A stretch of 64,000 bases of DNA, from the NCBI GenBank assembly GCA_021778295.1, contig JAJYCP010000001.1, positions 66,513 through 130,512 of the forward strand. Direction: 5' to 3'. The translations under genes and the position numbers were made by a program. Below are positions 25,560 through 33,022 of this stretch, piece by piece. Each line of letters opens with the position of its first letter. Positions within the stretch are counted from its first letter, which is position 1. This DNA is from a bacterium (lineage in GTDB: Bacteria > Patescibacteriota > Minisyncoccia > Phycocordibacterales > Phycocordibacteraceae). The notes under the pieces are model-generated. The model did not search any database and was not told the origin of the DNA. It worked only from the letters and a program-made list of their open reading frames with translations.

Positions 25560-26303
25560 ATGATAAAAGTTGCATCTAACAAATTGACAGCATTGACCAA
25601 AGTATTGCCACAACCGCTTGATTTTATAGTCGTTGGAGAAATGCACGGTTCCAGACAAAATGCGCCTCTCGTACAAGAATTGTTATTGACCGTTCTTACA
25701 GAACAGAAACCAGTAACCGTCGCTTTTGAATGGCTGCTCACCGATCCCGAACTCGATGCGTTGCGAAGATATGTATGTGGTGGCGAGACACCAGCGCAAC
25801 TATCAACTTTCTTTCTGGACTCCGATGGACGTTTTACTTTGGAACACATCGCCTTATTGAAGTGGATTCGCGCCTATAATGCTACGCACCATAATCTTAT
25901 TGATCTATACGCATTCGATAAGCCAAGCAAGAGCGGGGCATCAGATCAAGTCATGGCTGACTCATTACGTACTTATAAAAAGCGCCACCCCGAGTCACTA
26001 ATTCTGATTGAGACTGGCAATATGCACGCAAGAAATTCAATCGATATGTCTATAGGCGCCGGGCAGGTATCAATGGCTACGATATTGAAAAAAGACTATC
26101 TTGTGTTTTCCATTTTCTTGCACTATATACAGGGCAAGATATTGGTAGAAGGAGAAAATAGAGATGTAATGGAGGCGACGTCACAACAAGAGGGTCCGAG
26201 AACTTATTTTGATGCCATGATTGAGATACCTGTTTCGGAGCCAGCTCGAAATCCTAATGACTTGACGGAGATTTTTCAATTGCTACAATCCCGGCCAGCG
26301 TGA
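25560..26303 (+). CDS. ChaN/TraB/Tiki-superfamily protein (putative metalloprotease-like).
   Basis: Motif FIVVGEMHGSRQNAPLVQELL resembles the GxxH core of PF04187. TATAAT sits 7 nt before ATG 25560 (the track ORF begins at GTG 25497). Confidence 0.45.
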   Translation: MIKVASNKLTALTKVLPQPLDFIVVGEMHGSRQNAPLVQELLLTVLTEQKPVTVAFEWLLTDPELDALRRYVCGGETPAQLSTFFLDSDGRFTLEHIALLKWIRAYNATHHNLIDLYAFDKPSKSGASDQVMADSLRTYKKRHPESLILIETGNMHARNSIDMSIGAGQVSMATILKKDYLVFSIFLHYIQGKILVEGENRDVMEATSQQEGPRTYFDAMIEIPVSEPARNPNDLTEIFQLLQSRPA

Positions 26304-26333
26304 ATCCCACGCTGCCTTGATACGGAGAAACGT

Positions 26334-26477
26334 ATGTTGCCATTCCTTTTGGAGTTTGCCAACAAACCAGATCTCGAGCCGGAGCTTCTCCAGCGAAAGG
26401 ATCTTTCCCACGAAGAGGTGGTCGATATGAGCACCTTCCACACCCGTTGCGGTCACCCTCGCCACATCGACGACTGA
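26334..26477 (+). CDS. Candidate graspetide precursor peptide (47 aa), not in the ORF track.
   Basis: GGAG lies 6 nt before ATG. Translates to MLPFLLEFANKPDLEPELLQRKDLSHEEVVDMSTFHTRCGHPRHIDD*. The LPFLLEFA leader resembles the PFFARFL recognition helix of microviridin precursors. The C-terminus is rich in Ser/Thr and Asp/Glu. Followed by a terminator. Confidence 0.55.
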   Translation: MLPFLLEFANKPDLEPELLQRKDLSHEEVVDMSTFHTRCGHPRHIDD

Positions 26478-26495
26478 TTGTATTCGGCCGCGCCA

Positions 26496-26532
26496 GAACC
26501 CTCGCAATCAAATGCGAGGGTTTTCTTTTTAT
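26496..26532 (+). terminator. Rho-independent terminator after the precursor gene.
   Basis: AACCCTCGCA-atcaaa-TGCGAGGGTT followed by TTCTTTTT. Confidence 0.65.
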
Positions 26533-26572
26533 GCGTAACCGAGGAAGTGTCGGTCCTGATGTGGAACACACA

Positions 26573-26636
26573 GCGGCACCATCCGCGCCGAGTCTGAAGG
26601 GCAGGGCAAGGGCTCGACGTTTATCGCAGAATTTCC
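26573..26636. repeat. 64-bp direct repeat, copy 2 (orphan HK 3'-end fragment).
   Basis: Identical to 24398..24461. In the HK frame it encodes GTIRAESEGQGKGSTFIAEFP followed by AG*. Confidence 0.85.
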
Positions 26637-26732
26637 TGCGGGATAGATTCAAAGAATCTCGTGCCCCGGCCTGATTCAGGCGCTTTTGATTTGCAAAACA
26701 AAATAGTGCTACAGTATGGGAATTAGCAGATA

Positions 26733-27023
26733 ATGATTGAGAATACGCACATGGAAAAGGCACTTGTGGGCGTCGCGGCAGGAGTAGCGCTCTTTGCCGC
26801 CACAGCGGTTCCGGCATTTGCAGCAGCGAATCAAGGATATGCGTCCGGTTATCCTCACGCAATCGCGAATACTATCTGTGCAAACCATGGGGCTTTCGCA
26901 GCATTTGCAGGGAGTCCGGGAATTATAGAGGAATACGTTGATGCCGATCAGGCAGCCGGCATTTCGCTCGGCTCGGAGACGGGTCCGGCAAACAGCGGAC
27001 TTTGCGGCAATCCGCAAAACTGA
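26733..27023 (+). CDS. Small secreted hypothetical protein.
   Basis: Signal peptide VGVAAGVALFAATAVPAFAAA. TTGATT-N18-TACAGT promoter upstream. Strong terminator downstream. Confidence 0.5.
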   Translation: MIENTHMEKALVGVAAGVALFAATAVPAFAAANQGYASGYPHAIANTICANHGAFAAFAGSPGIIEEYVDADQAAGISLGSETGPANSGLCGNPQN

Positions 27024-27030
27024 TTCTGTT

Positions 27031-27078
27031 TCTTTAAAGCACAACACCCGCCAAGTGGCGGGTGTTGTGCTTTAAAGC
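27031..27078. terminator. Bidirectional rho-independent terminator.
   Basis: AAAGCACAACACCCGCC-AAGT-GGCGGGTGTTGTGCTTT. Confidence 0.7.
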
Positions 27079-27116
27079 CATCTACCAAGTGCGCCTTTCG
27101 GCGTTATACTTTGTGC

Positions 27117-27341
27117 ATGAATCGAGTGAAATATCGAGGTTCTACAGGTCTCACCCTGCTCATTATCGGGGCGATTATCGTTCTTGCGTTTATCTTCTTC
27201 GGCCCTGGTTCCGGGTCCAGCTCGTCCTCAGGCGTAAGCAGCGTCTCAACGTCGACTCAACTGGTAGGCACGAGCACCGTTTCGCAGGCGCTCCAATTTA
27301 GCAGCTGGCTCGCAAAAGAGTACGCACCAGCGAAGCACTAA
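27117..27341 (+). CDS. Small membrane protein with a Ser-rich tail (74 aa).
   Basis: TATACT sits 6 nt before ATG 27117. N-terminal TM LTLLIIGAIIVLAFIFF. Confidence 0.4.
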   Translation: MNRVKYRGSTGLTLLIIGAIIVLAFIFFGPGSGSSSSSGVSSVSTSTQLVGTSTVSQALQFSSWLAKEYAPAKH

Positions 27342-27539
27342 AGGAGGATGCATCTGCTCCGGGAGCAGGACCATGAGTACATTCCTCGAAGCTTACAGCT
27401 TCAGTACACCTTGCGGATATTTTGCTCCAAATCTTCGCAAAATATGCTCGCAAGGTCTTCGAGTCCTGCACGGAAGCGCCCTGCGCTTCCTTCCCGTCGC
27501 AGTAACAAAAAACACCCGAAGGGGTGTTTTCTCGTTCTG

Positions 27540-27611
27540 CTCCGGGAGCAGGACTCGAACCTGCAACCAACGCCTTAACAGGGCGCTGCTCTACCATTGA
27601 GCTATCCCGGA
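27540..27611 (-). tRNA. tRNA-Asn (anticodon GTT).
   Basis: Cloverleaf folded by hand: acceptor TCCGGGA/TCCCGGA, D-arm GCTC-AATGGTA-GAGC, anticodon arm GCGCC-CTGTTAA-GGCGT, T-arm GCAGG-TTCGAGT-CCTGC, discriminator G. No encoded CCA. Terminator hairpin AAACACCCCTTCGGGTGTTTTTT lies downstream. Confidence 0.85.
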
Positions 27612-27686
27612 ATGTGTCTCTAACGAACCTTCGCATTCTATCGTAAACATCCTGCGTCGCAAAGTAGCATGAGGTATACTCTCCCT

Positions 27687-28169
27687 ATGGCACTAACCCT
27701 TACAAGCACTGCATTTGCGGATAATGAGAAGATTCCTGCGAAATATACCTGCGATGGCGAGCGTTTCCTCGCGCCGCCGCTCGCCATTTCCGGCATACCG
27801 GCGGGGACAAAATCGCTCGCGCTCATCATGGATGATCCCGATATCCCCACGGTGGTGAAAGAGGCGCGTGGCATCGAAGAACTCAATCATTGGGTGCTCT
27901 ATAACATTCCCGCTACTGCGACGGAAATTCCGGAAGGCGGTGCTGTAGAAGGCGACACCGGTATCAACGGCATCGGGACCGCCATGTACATAGGCCCTTG
28001 TCCGCCGCCCGAACACGAACCGTCCGAGCATCGCTATGTTTTTACGCTTTATGCGCTTTCGGGAACGGTTAATTTTGCCACGCCGCCGGCGAAAGCAGAG
28101 CTCGTCACGGCAATTACGCCGCTCCTGATTGAAAAAACAACGCTCATCGGCCGTTACTCCCGCAAATAA
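27687..28169 (+). CDS. YbhB/YbcL-family PEBP (Raf-kinase-inhibitor-like) protein.
   Basis: Conserved motif CPPPEHEPSEHRYVFTLYAL. TATACT sits 6 nt before ATG 27687. Confidence 0.8.
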   Translation: MALTLTSTAFADNEKIPAKYTCDGERFLAPPLAISGIPAGTKSLALIMDDPDIPTVVKEARGIEELNHWVLYNIPATATEIPEGGAVEGDTGINGIGTAMYIGPCPPPEHEPSEHRYVFTLYALSGTVNFATPPAKAELVTAITPLLIEKTTLIGRYSRK

Positions 28170-28171
28170 CC

Positions 28172-28411
28172 ATGCTGATCCTCTACTGGCGACCGACGTG
28201 TCCCTTTTGCCACAGAGTGCTCGACACAGCCGGGGAACTCGGGCTTACCTTTGAGAAAAAAGATATTGCCGACCCGGTAGTCGCCGCCGAACTTGTCAAA
28301 CGAGGCGGTAGGCAGCAGGTGCCGTATCTCGTTGATACGGAGCGCGGCGTGGAAATGTATGAATCGATGGATATCGACGCCTATCTGCGCGCACAGTATG
28401 CGAAATCCTGA
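28172..28411 (+). CDS. Glutaredoxin-family protein.
   Basis: Active site CPFC. C-terminal QVPYLVD...G. 79 aa. Confidence 0.75.
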   Translation: MLILYWRPTCPFCHRVLDTAGELGLTFEKKDIADPVVAAELVKRGGRQQVPYLVDTERGVEMYESMDIDAYLRAQYAKS

Positions 28412-28629
28412 TGTACCTTAAGGTATTCGTCACACCGGGTGCCAAACGCGAGCGCGTCGAAGAAAAAGGCGAAATACTCGCAATCTCGGTGCGGGAACCG
28501 GCGCAAGGGAATCAGGCGAACACGCGTGTGCGCGCGATCGTCGCTTTGCGATTTAGCGTACCGTTCGGGAAAGTACGAATTCTCGCCGGGCACCGTTCGC
28601 GTTCGAAGATGCTCAGCATTGACCGATAA
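28411..28629 (+). CDS. YggU/DUF167-family protein.
   Basis: Family pattern VFVTPGAKRERV...LAISVREPAQGNQANTRV...VRILAGHRSRSK. ATGA overlap with the grx-like gene. Confidence 0.65.
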   Translation: MYLKVFVTPGAKRERVEEKGEILAISVREPAQGNQANTRVRAIVALRFSVPFGKVRILAGHRSRSKMLSIDR

Positions 28630-28630
28630 A

Positions 28631-28662
28631 GAAATCGCCGCAGCTCCGCTGCGGCGATTGTC
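28631..28662. terminator. Bidirectional terminator between convergent genes.
   Basis: AATCGCCGCAG-ctccg-CTGCGGCGATT. Confidence 0.55.
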
Positions 28663-28678
28663 TCATACTTTCTTTCCG

Positions 28679-29227
28679 CTACCGCGCGCCCTTGAGGTAC
28701 GCGAGCATCGTATCCGCATCCGATACCTCAAAAGGATCATCAGGACAGTCATCGGAGAATCCCGGCTCGATGAAAAGTTTTTTGATGAGGCCGTCCTCCA
28801 CAAACATGCTGTAGCGCCAGGAGCGCTCGCCGAAACCGAGATTTTCTTTTTTCACGAGCATACCCATGCCGCGCGCGAATTCGCCATTGCCGTCGGGAAG
28901 CATCTTCACTTTCTTCACGCCGAGCTTGTCAGCCCACTGCTTCATGACGAACGCGTCATTTACCGAGAGGCAATAGACCTCGTCGATGCCGAGCGCTTTA
29001 AATTCGTCATATCTCGCTTCAAAGCCGGGAAGATGCGTCGACGAGCAGGTCGGCGTAAAGGCGCCCGGGAGCCCGAAGACGACGATTTTCTTGCCATTAA
29101 ATATTTCGCCCGCGGAAACATCCTGCCAGCGATAGGGATTATCGCCACCGACAGACTCGTCGCGCACGCGGGTCTTGAAAGTCACTTCCGGCACTCGCGC
29201 CCCTTCTTTCTGTGGTTCATGAGCCAT
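28679..29227 (-). CDS. Peroxiredoxin (Prx5-like, AhpC/TSA family).
   Basis: Peroxidatic Cys motif GAFTPTCS. 182 aa. Confidence 0.85.
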   Translation of the reverse strand: MAHEPQKEGARVPEVTFKTRVRDESVGGDNPYRWQDVSAGEIFNGKKIVVFGLPGAFTPTCSSTHLPGFEARYDEFKALGIDEVYCLSVNDAFVMKQWADKLGVKKVKMLPDGNGEFARGMGMLVKKENLGFGERSWRYSMFVEDGLIKKLFIEPGFSDDCPDDPFEVSDADTMLAYLKGAR

Positions 29228-29361
29228 AGTTATGTGAGGTTACATCGATTGCAATTAGTAATAGTGTGCAAACAGCATAGCAAAAGCCTCGGGTGAGGCA
29301 AGATTCTTTCTCTGAGCGGCGTACTAATGCGTGATACCATTGAGCTGTAATAGAATATGCT

Positions 29362-29724
29362 ATGAACATCATCATCAAATCGGCCAAGTATGAGCTCACA
29401 CCCGAGACCGAAACTCTTCTGAAAGAAAAGCTTGCGGCGCCGCTACGGCTTCTCGGAGAAGAAGCCGATGGAGCATTGCTCGAAATAGAAATAGAACATG
29501 CGCCGCCGGAAGGGCGTTCGGCCGAGCCGGCGCGCCTTGTCGCACGGCTGAGCGCCGGCGGTAAAGTCTTCCACGCCGAAGCGGTGAAGCCGACGCCCGA
29601 AAGCGCGGCCGACAGAGTGCGGAGCGAGCTCGAAGCGGAAATACGCCGCTCGCGCGGCCGCACGCGCCGCCTGATGCGCGCGGGAAGCGCAAAGATAAAA
29701 AAGATGCTGCGCTTTGAACGCTAA
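29362..29724 (+). CDS. hpf: Ribosome hibernation-promoting factor (HPF/RaiA).
   Basis: Family pattern MNIIIKSAKYELTPETETLLKEKL...EIEIEH. TAGAAT sits 6 nt before ATG. Confidence 0.75.
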   Translation: MNIIIKSAKYELTPETETLLKEKLAAPLRLLGEEADGALLEIEIEHAPPEGRSAEPARLVARLSAGGKVFHAEAVKPTPESAADRVRSELEAEIRRSRGRTRRLMRAGSAKIKKMLRFER

Positions 29725-30551
29725 GTGCTCTGCCGGTAGGGCATCTCGCGTTTACCCTCGGGGATAATGCGTTCGATGATGAATCGTCCATCCTTGAAAG
29801 ATGCTTGCGTTATTTTTATGCGTTTCTCATGCTCAAAGAAATACGTGCCGATGGTGTCGGCGTAGGCGCGATACTTGTTCCAATTCTCTTCCGCCGGAGC
29901 ATCGAGCGAAAGCAATCCATCCTCTTTCTTCCGTTTCGGCGCGCGCGTGGCGCGCGACGCGTCCTGCGGGGTGAGCGTGATCTCGCCGCGTAGAAATGCG
30001 GGGAGAATATCGGCGAGCATCTGCGCGCCCAGGGCGATAAGCCGGGGACGAAGCTCGCGCGCCGTTTCCTCGGGCGCTATGGCCGTCTCTTTTTGCGCGA
30101 GGATGGCACCGGCATCGAGTTCGTACGCCATCTTTTGAATGGTGACGCCGGTCACTGCGTCGCCTGCAAGAAGCGCCGCCTCAAGCGGCGCCGCGCCGCG
30201 GTATTTCGGCAAAAGCGAATAATGGATATTCAGTACGCCCTTGGGGAAAGCGGCTATGAGCGATTCGGGAAATATTTTGCCGTACGCAACAACAACCGCA
30301 TAGTCGCATGCGAGGGCGCGTATCGCCGCAACCGCCGTATCATCAAGTTTCTCCGGCGTCATCACACTGATGTCCCGCTTAAGCGCCGTCGTCTTTACCG
30401 GCGAGGGCGTAAGCGTGAGGCCGCGCCCTTGCGGCGCGTCCGGAGAAGTCACTACGGCACGGGGAATGAAGCCGCGCTCGATGAGAATCGCGAGCGTGTC
30501 GCGCGCGACTTCCGGCGTGCCGAAATAGACAAAATTATGCGTCGGGTTCAT
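29721..30551 (-). CDS. fmt: Methionyl-tRNA formyltransferase.
   Basis: FVYFGTPEVA, HYSLLPKYRGAAP, and a C-terminal domain. ATG at 30551. Confidence 0.85.
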   Translation of the reverse strand: MNPTHNFVYFGTPEVARDTLAILIERGFIPRAVVTSPDAPQGRGLTLTPSPVKTTALKRDISVMTPEKLDDTAVAAIRALACDYAVVVAYGKIFPESLIAAFPKGVLNIHYSLLPKYRGAAPLEAALLAGDAVTGVTIQKMAYELDAGAILAQKETAIAPEETARELRPRLIALGAQMLADILPAFLRGEITLTPQDASRATRAPKRKKEDGLLSLDAPAEENWNKYRAYADTIGTYFFEHEKRIKITQASFKDGRFIIERIIPEGKREMPYRQST

Positions 30552-31065
30552 GGGGGATACGGACGAGGTTCTCGGCATGGTCAATAAAGAGCGTACCATT
30601 CAAATGATCCATTTCGTGCTCGAATATCTGCGCCAGGAGGCCGCTTGCGCCGCGTTCAAACGAGGAACCGTCCGGGCGCCGTGCGCGCACGGTGACCCGC
30701 TCATGCCGCAGTGCTGTGCCGTACACCCCGCGGACCGAGAGACATCCTTCCTCAGCATGCGCGCGTTTGCGCGAAGTCTTTACGATTTTAGGATTGATGT
30801 ACACCGCTACCTCTGCGGCAGGGCGGGGAGAAGATTCGCTCGGTTGAACGGGGGAGGGAAGCGTGCGGTCGTTGCGTACGATAAAAAGACGATAGGAAAC
30901 GCCAATTTGCGGGGCGGCGAGCGCAACGCCCTCAGGCTCGCGGTCGAGAGATTCCTCCATGTCGGCGATAAGGCGTGTGAGTTCTGCGCTGCCGAACAGC
31001 TCCTCTGGCACCGGCGCGGCCGTTTCGCGCAGCACCGGCGCTCCGTCCTGTACGATTTCTTTCAT
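30535..31065 (-). CDS. def: Peptide deformylase.
   Basis: Motifs GVALAAPQIG, EGCLS, QIFEHEMDHLNG. ATG at 31065. Overlaps the fmt start (def-fmt operon). Confidence 0.85.
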   Translation of the reverse strand: MKEIVQDGAPVLRETAAPVPEELFGSAELTRLIADMEESLDREPEGVALAAPQIGVSYRLFIVRNDRTLPSPVQPSESSPRPAAEVAVYINPKIVKTSRKRAHAEEGCLSVRGVYGTALRHERVTVRARRPDGSSFERGASGLLAQIFEHEMDHLNGTLFIDHAENLVRIPHEPDA

Positions 31066-31169
31066 ACGACTGCGCAGAATCGTGCCGCGCAATTGTCCAT
31101 TGAACGGCTCCCTTCTGAATTATTCATCATGCGTACATCATACACTCCGAGACGGATTTCGTGCGATTA

Positions 31170-31320
31170 GAACCCGTTTCAAACCCCCGCCTCCCCTGCG
31201 AAGGGTGTGCGGCGGAAAGAGGCTTACGGAGCCCGACGGGGCGAGTACGAGCCGCTTTTCGAGCACGAAAAGACGGCGTACTCCTTTCCGTTGCATACCC
31301 TTCGCAGGGGCTTGATGTGG
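31170..31320. repeat. MITE/REP-like palindromic element, copy A.
   Basis: Starts GAACCCGTTTCAAACCCCC. Has the internal imperfect palindrome GAGTACGAGCCGCTTTTCGAGCACGAAAAGACGGCGTACTC shared with the copies at 41527, 53103 and 62789. Abuts the stop of the 31322 gene. Confidence 0.7.
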
Positions 31321-31321
31321 C

Positions 31322-31615
31322 CTAGTGTTTTTTCGGGTCAAGCTCCCACCAGAATTTTTTGCTGAAATTTTTTGCCTGGCTACACACGCTCTTGAGGTAA
31401 TAAAGATCCGCAGTCGGGATGCCCTCAATTTCGGCGCCGAGGCGCGCCATCGTAAGCGGAGCCAGGCCGTCCTGCTTGCGGGAATAATTCAAATGACGAA
31501 GAAAAAAACGCATCAATTCTCCACGCTCTGTCTCGCGTTTCCGTCCTTTCGGCGCCGCCGCCGCTTTTTTCTCGATGTCGGGGAGAATATCGCGGATGGG
31601 TTTCATCCCGTTCAT
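31322..31615 (-). CDS. Hypothetical protein (97 aa), co-oriented between murA and def.
   Basis: ORF with codon usage like its neighbours. No recognisable domain. Confidence 0.4.
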   Translation of the reverse strand: MNGMKPIRDILPDIEKKAAAAPKGRKRETERGELMRFFLRHLNYSRKQDGLAPLTMARLGAEIEGIPTADLYYLKSVCSQAKNFSKKFWWELDPKKH

Positions 31616-31645
31616 TCTAAACCAGGCGCGCCACTACCGCGACGG

Positions 31646-32956
31646 TCAGTCCGTATGCGCTTCGATAGACGCGCCGAGATGTTGAAGGCGCAGGACGATG
31701 TCCTCATATCCTCGGTTGATGCTGTAGACATTCCGGAGCGTCGAGCGGCCTTTTGCGGCGAGCATCGCGACGAGGATGATGGTTGCGGGCCGCAGCGCCG
31801 GCGGACAGATGACCTCAGCGGCTTTGAGCCGGGACGGGCCTTCAATTGAGATGCGGTGCGGATCATGGAGGATGGTCGTCGCGCCCAGCCGGTCAAGCTC
31901 GGTGTAATAAATCGCGCGTTTTTCGTATACCCAGTCGTGGATGAGCGTCGTGCCTTTGGCTTGCGTGGCAATGACCGCAAAGAAGGGGAGATTATCGATA
32001 TTGAGGCCCGGGTACGGTCGCGCATGAATCTTTTCGGGGAACGCGATGAGCACGGATGCTAGAACAGTTATGTCGACGAGCTTCGTAATGCCGTTTTCTG
32101 AAACGCGCTGATTGGAAAGCGAGAACACAAGACCCATTTTTTCAAGCACGAGCAATTCTACTTCGAGAAATTCAATCGGAGCGGCAGCAATGGTGATGGC
32201 GGAACCGGTTACCGCCGCCGCCGCAAGAAAGAACATTGCATCAGTCGGGTCCTCGGCAACGCTGTAGGAGACATCCCGGTTGATATCAGCGATACCCTCG
32301 ATGCGAAGCGTTGTCGAACCGACGCCCTCGACTTTGACGCCGAGCGCGCGTAAAAAGCCGCACACTTCCTGCACCTGGTAATTCGCCGAGGCGTATTTAA
32401 TGACGCTCGCGCCCTCGATGCGCGCGGCGGCAAAAATCGCATTGATAGTCGCCGTGTCGCTCGATTCATACAGGATGACTTCTGCCGGACGGAGCGTCGC
32501 GTACGTGACATGGTAGTTATCCGAGCGCGCTTCTATTGCGACGCCGAATTTCTCAAGCGCCATGAGGTGCGGGCGCACGGAACGCAGTCCTAATGTGCAG
32601 CCGCCCGATTGCGGCAACTCAAACTCTTTCAGAGCGTGGAGCAGGGGACCGATGAACATCAAGATGCTGCGCGTCTTAGTCGCGGCGGCGCGGTCGATCG
32701 TCTCGAGCGAAAATTTCTGCAGAGGTTGTAGGGAGACGCTCGTTCCCTGCCACTCGACCGCGACGCCGATTGAACGAAGAACTTCGATGAGGCGGTTGAC
32801 TTCTTCGATTTTCGGCACGTGATTGAGAATCGTTCGTCCACGATTGAGGAGGGAAGCGGCCAGAAGCGCGACCGCGCCGTTTTTCGAGCGGCTCGTCTCG
32901 ACGCGGCCGTGCAGTTTCCCTCCGCCCTCGATGATAAAGTTCATTCCTTCCTGCAT
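31646..32956 (-). CDS. murA: UDP-N-acetylglucosamine 1-carboxyvinyltransferase.
   Basis: MNFIIEGGGKLHGRVETSRSKNGAVALLAASLL... is a MurA N-terminus; full length about 430 aa. Candidate ATGs at 32965, 32956 and 32944. Confidence 0.85.
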   Translation of the reverse strand: MQEGMNFIIEGGGKLHGRVETSRSKNGAVALLAASLLNRGRTILNHVPKIEEVNRLIEVLRSIGVAVEWQGTSVSLQPLQKFSLETIDRAAATKTRSILMFIGPLLHALKEFELPQSGGCTLGLRSVRPHLMALEKFGVAIEARSDNYHVTYATLRPAEVILYESSDTATINAIFAAARIEGASVIKYASANYQVQEVCGFLRALGVKVEGVGSTTLRIEGIADINRDVSYSVAEDPTDAMFFLAAAAVTGSAITIAAAPIEFLEVELLVLEKMGLVFSLSNQRVSENGITKLVDITVLASVLIAFPEKIHARPYPGLNIDNLPFFAVIATQAKGTTLIHDWVYEKRAIYYTELDRLGATTILHDPHRISIEGPSRLKAAEVICPPALRPATIILVAMLAAKGRSTLRNVYSINRGYEDIVLRLQHLGASIEAHTD

Positions 32957-33022
32957 GCGGGACATAGTACCACTCGCGCCAGGGCTTTGCGCGAGTACGG
33001 AGAGCGCGATACTATACGCGCA

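Larger units (their letters stand above)
24462..26572 (+). mobile_element. Inserted low-GC cassette bounded by the 64-bp direct repeats (ATP-grasp, ChaN-like gene, precursor peptide, terminator).
   Basis: GC drops to about 48%. Genes carry SD sequences, unlike the host genes. Flanked by perfect direct repeats. No recombinase inside. Confidence 0.4.

Noticed and set aside
26254-26862. A 202-aa minus-strand ORF across the precursor peptide, the terminator and direct-repeat copy 2.
   Set aside because: It is antisense to better-supported features. It is low-complexity and Arg/Pro-rich. Part of its sequence is duplicated in the 23968..24510 ORF simply because it crosses the 64-bp repeat. It is a GC-rich antisense artefact.
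27298-27636. A 112-aa minus-strand ORF.
   Set aside because: It overlaps tRNA-Asn and its terminator. It has no start context.
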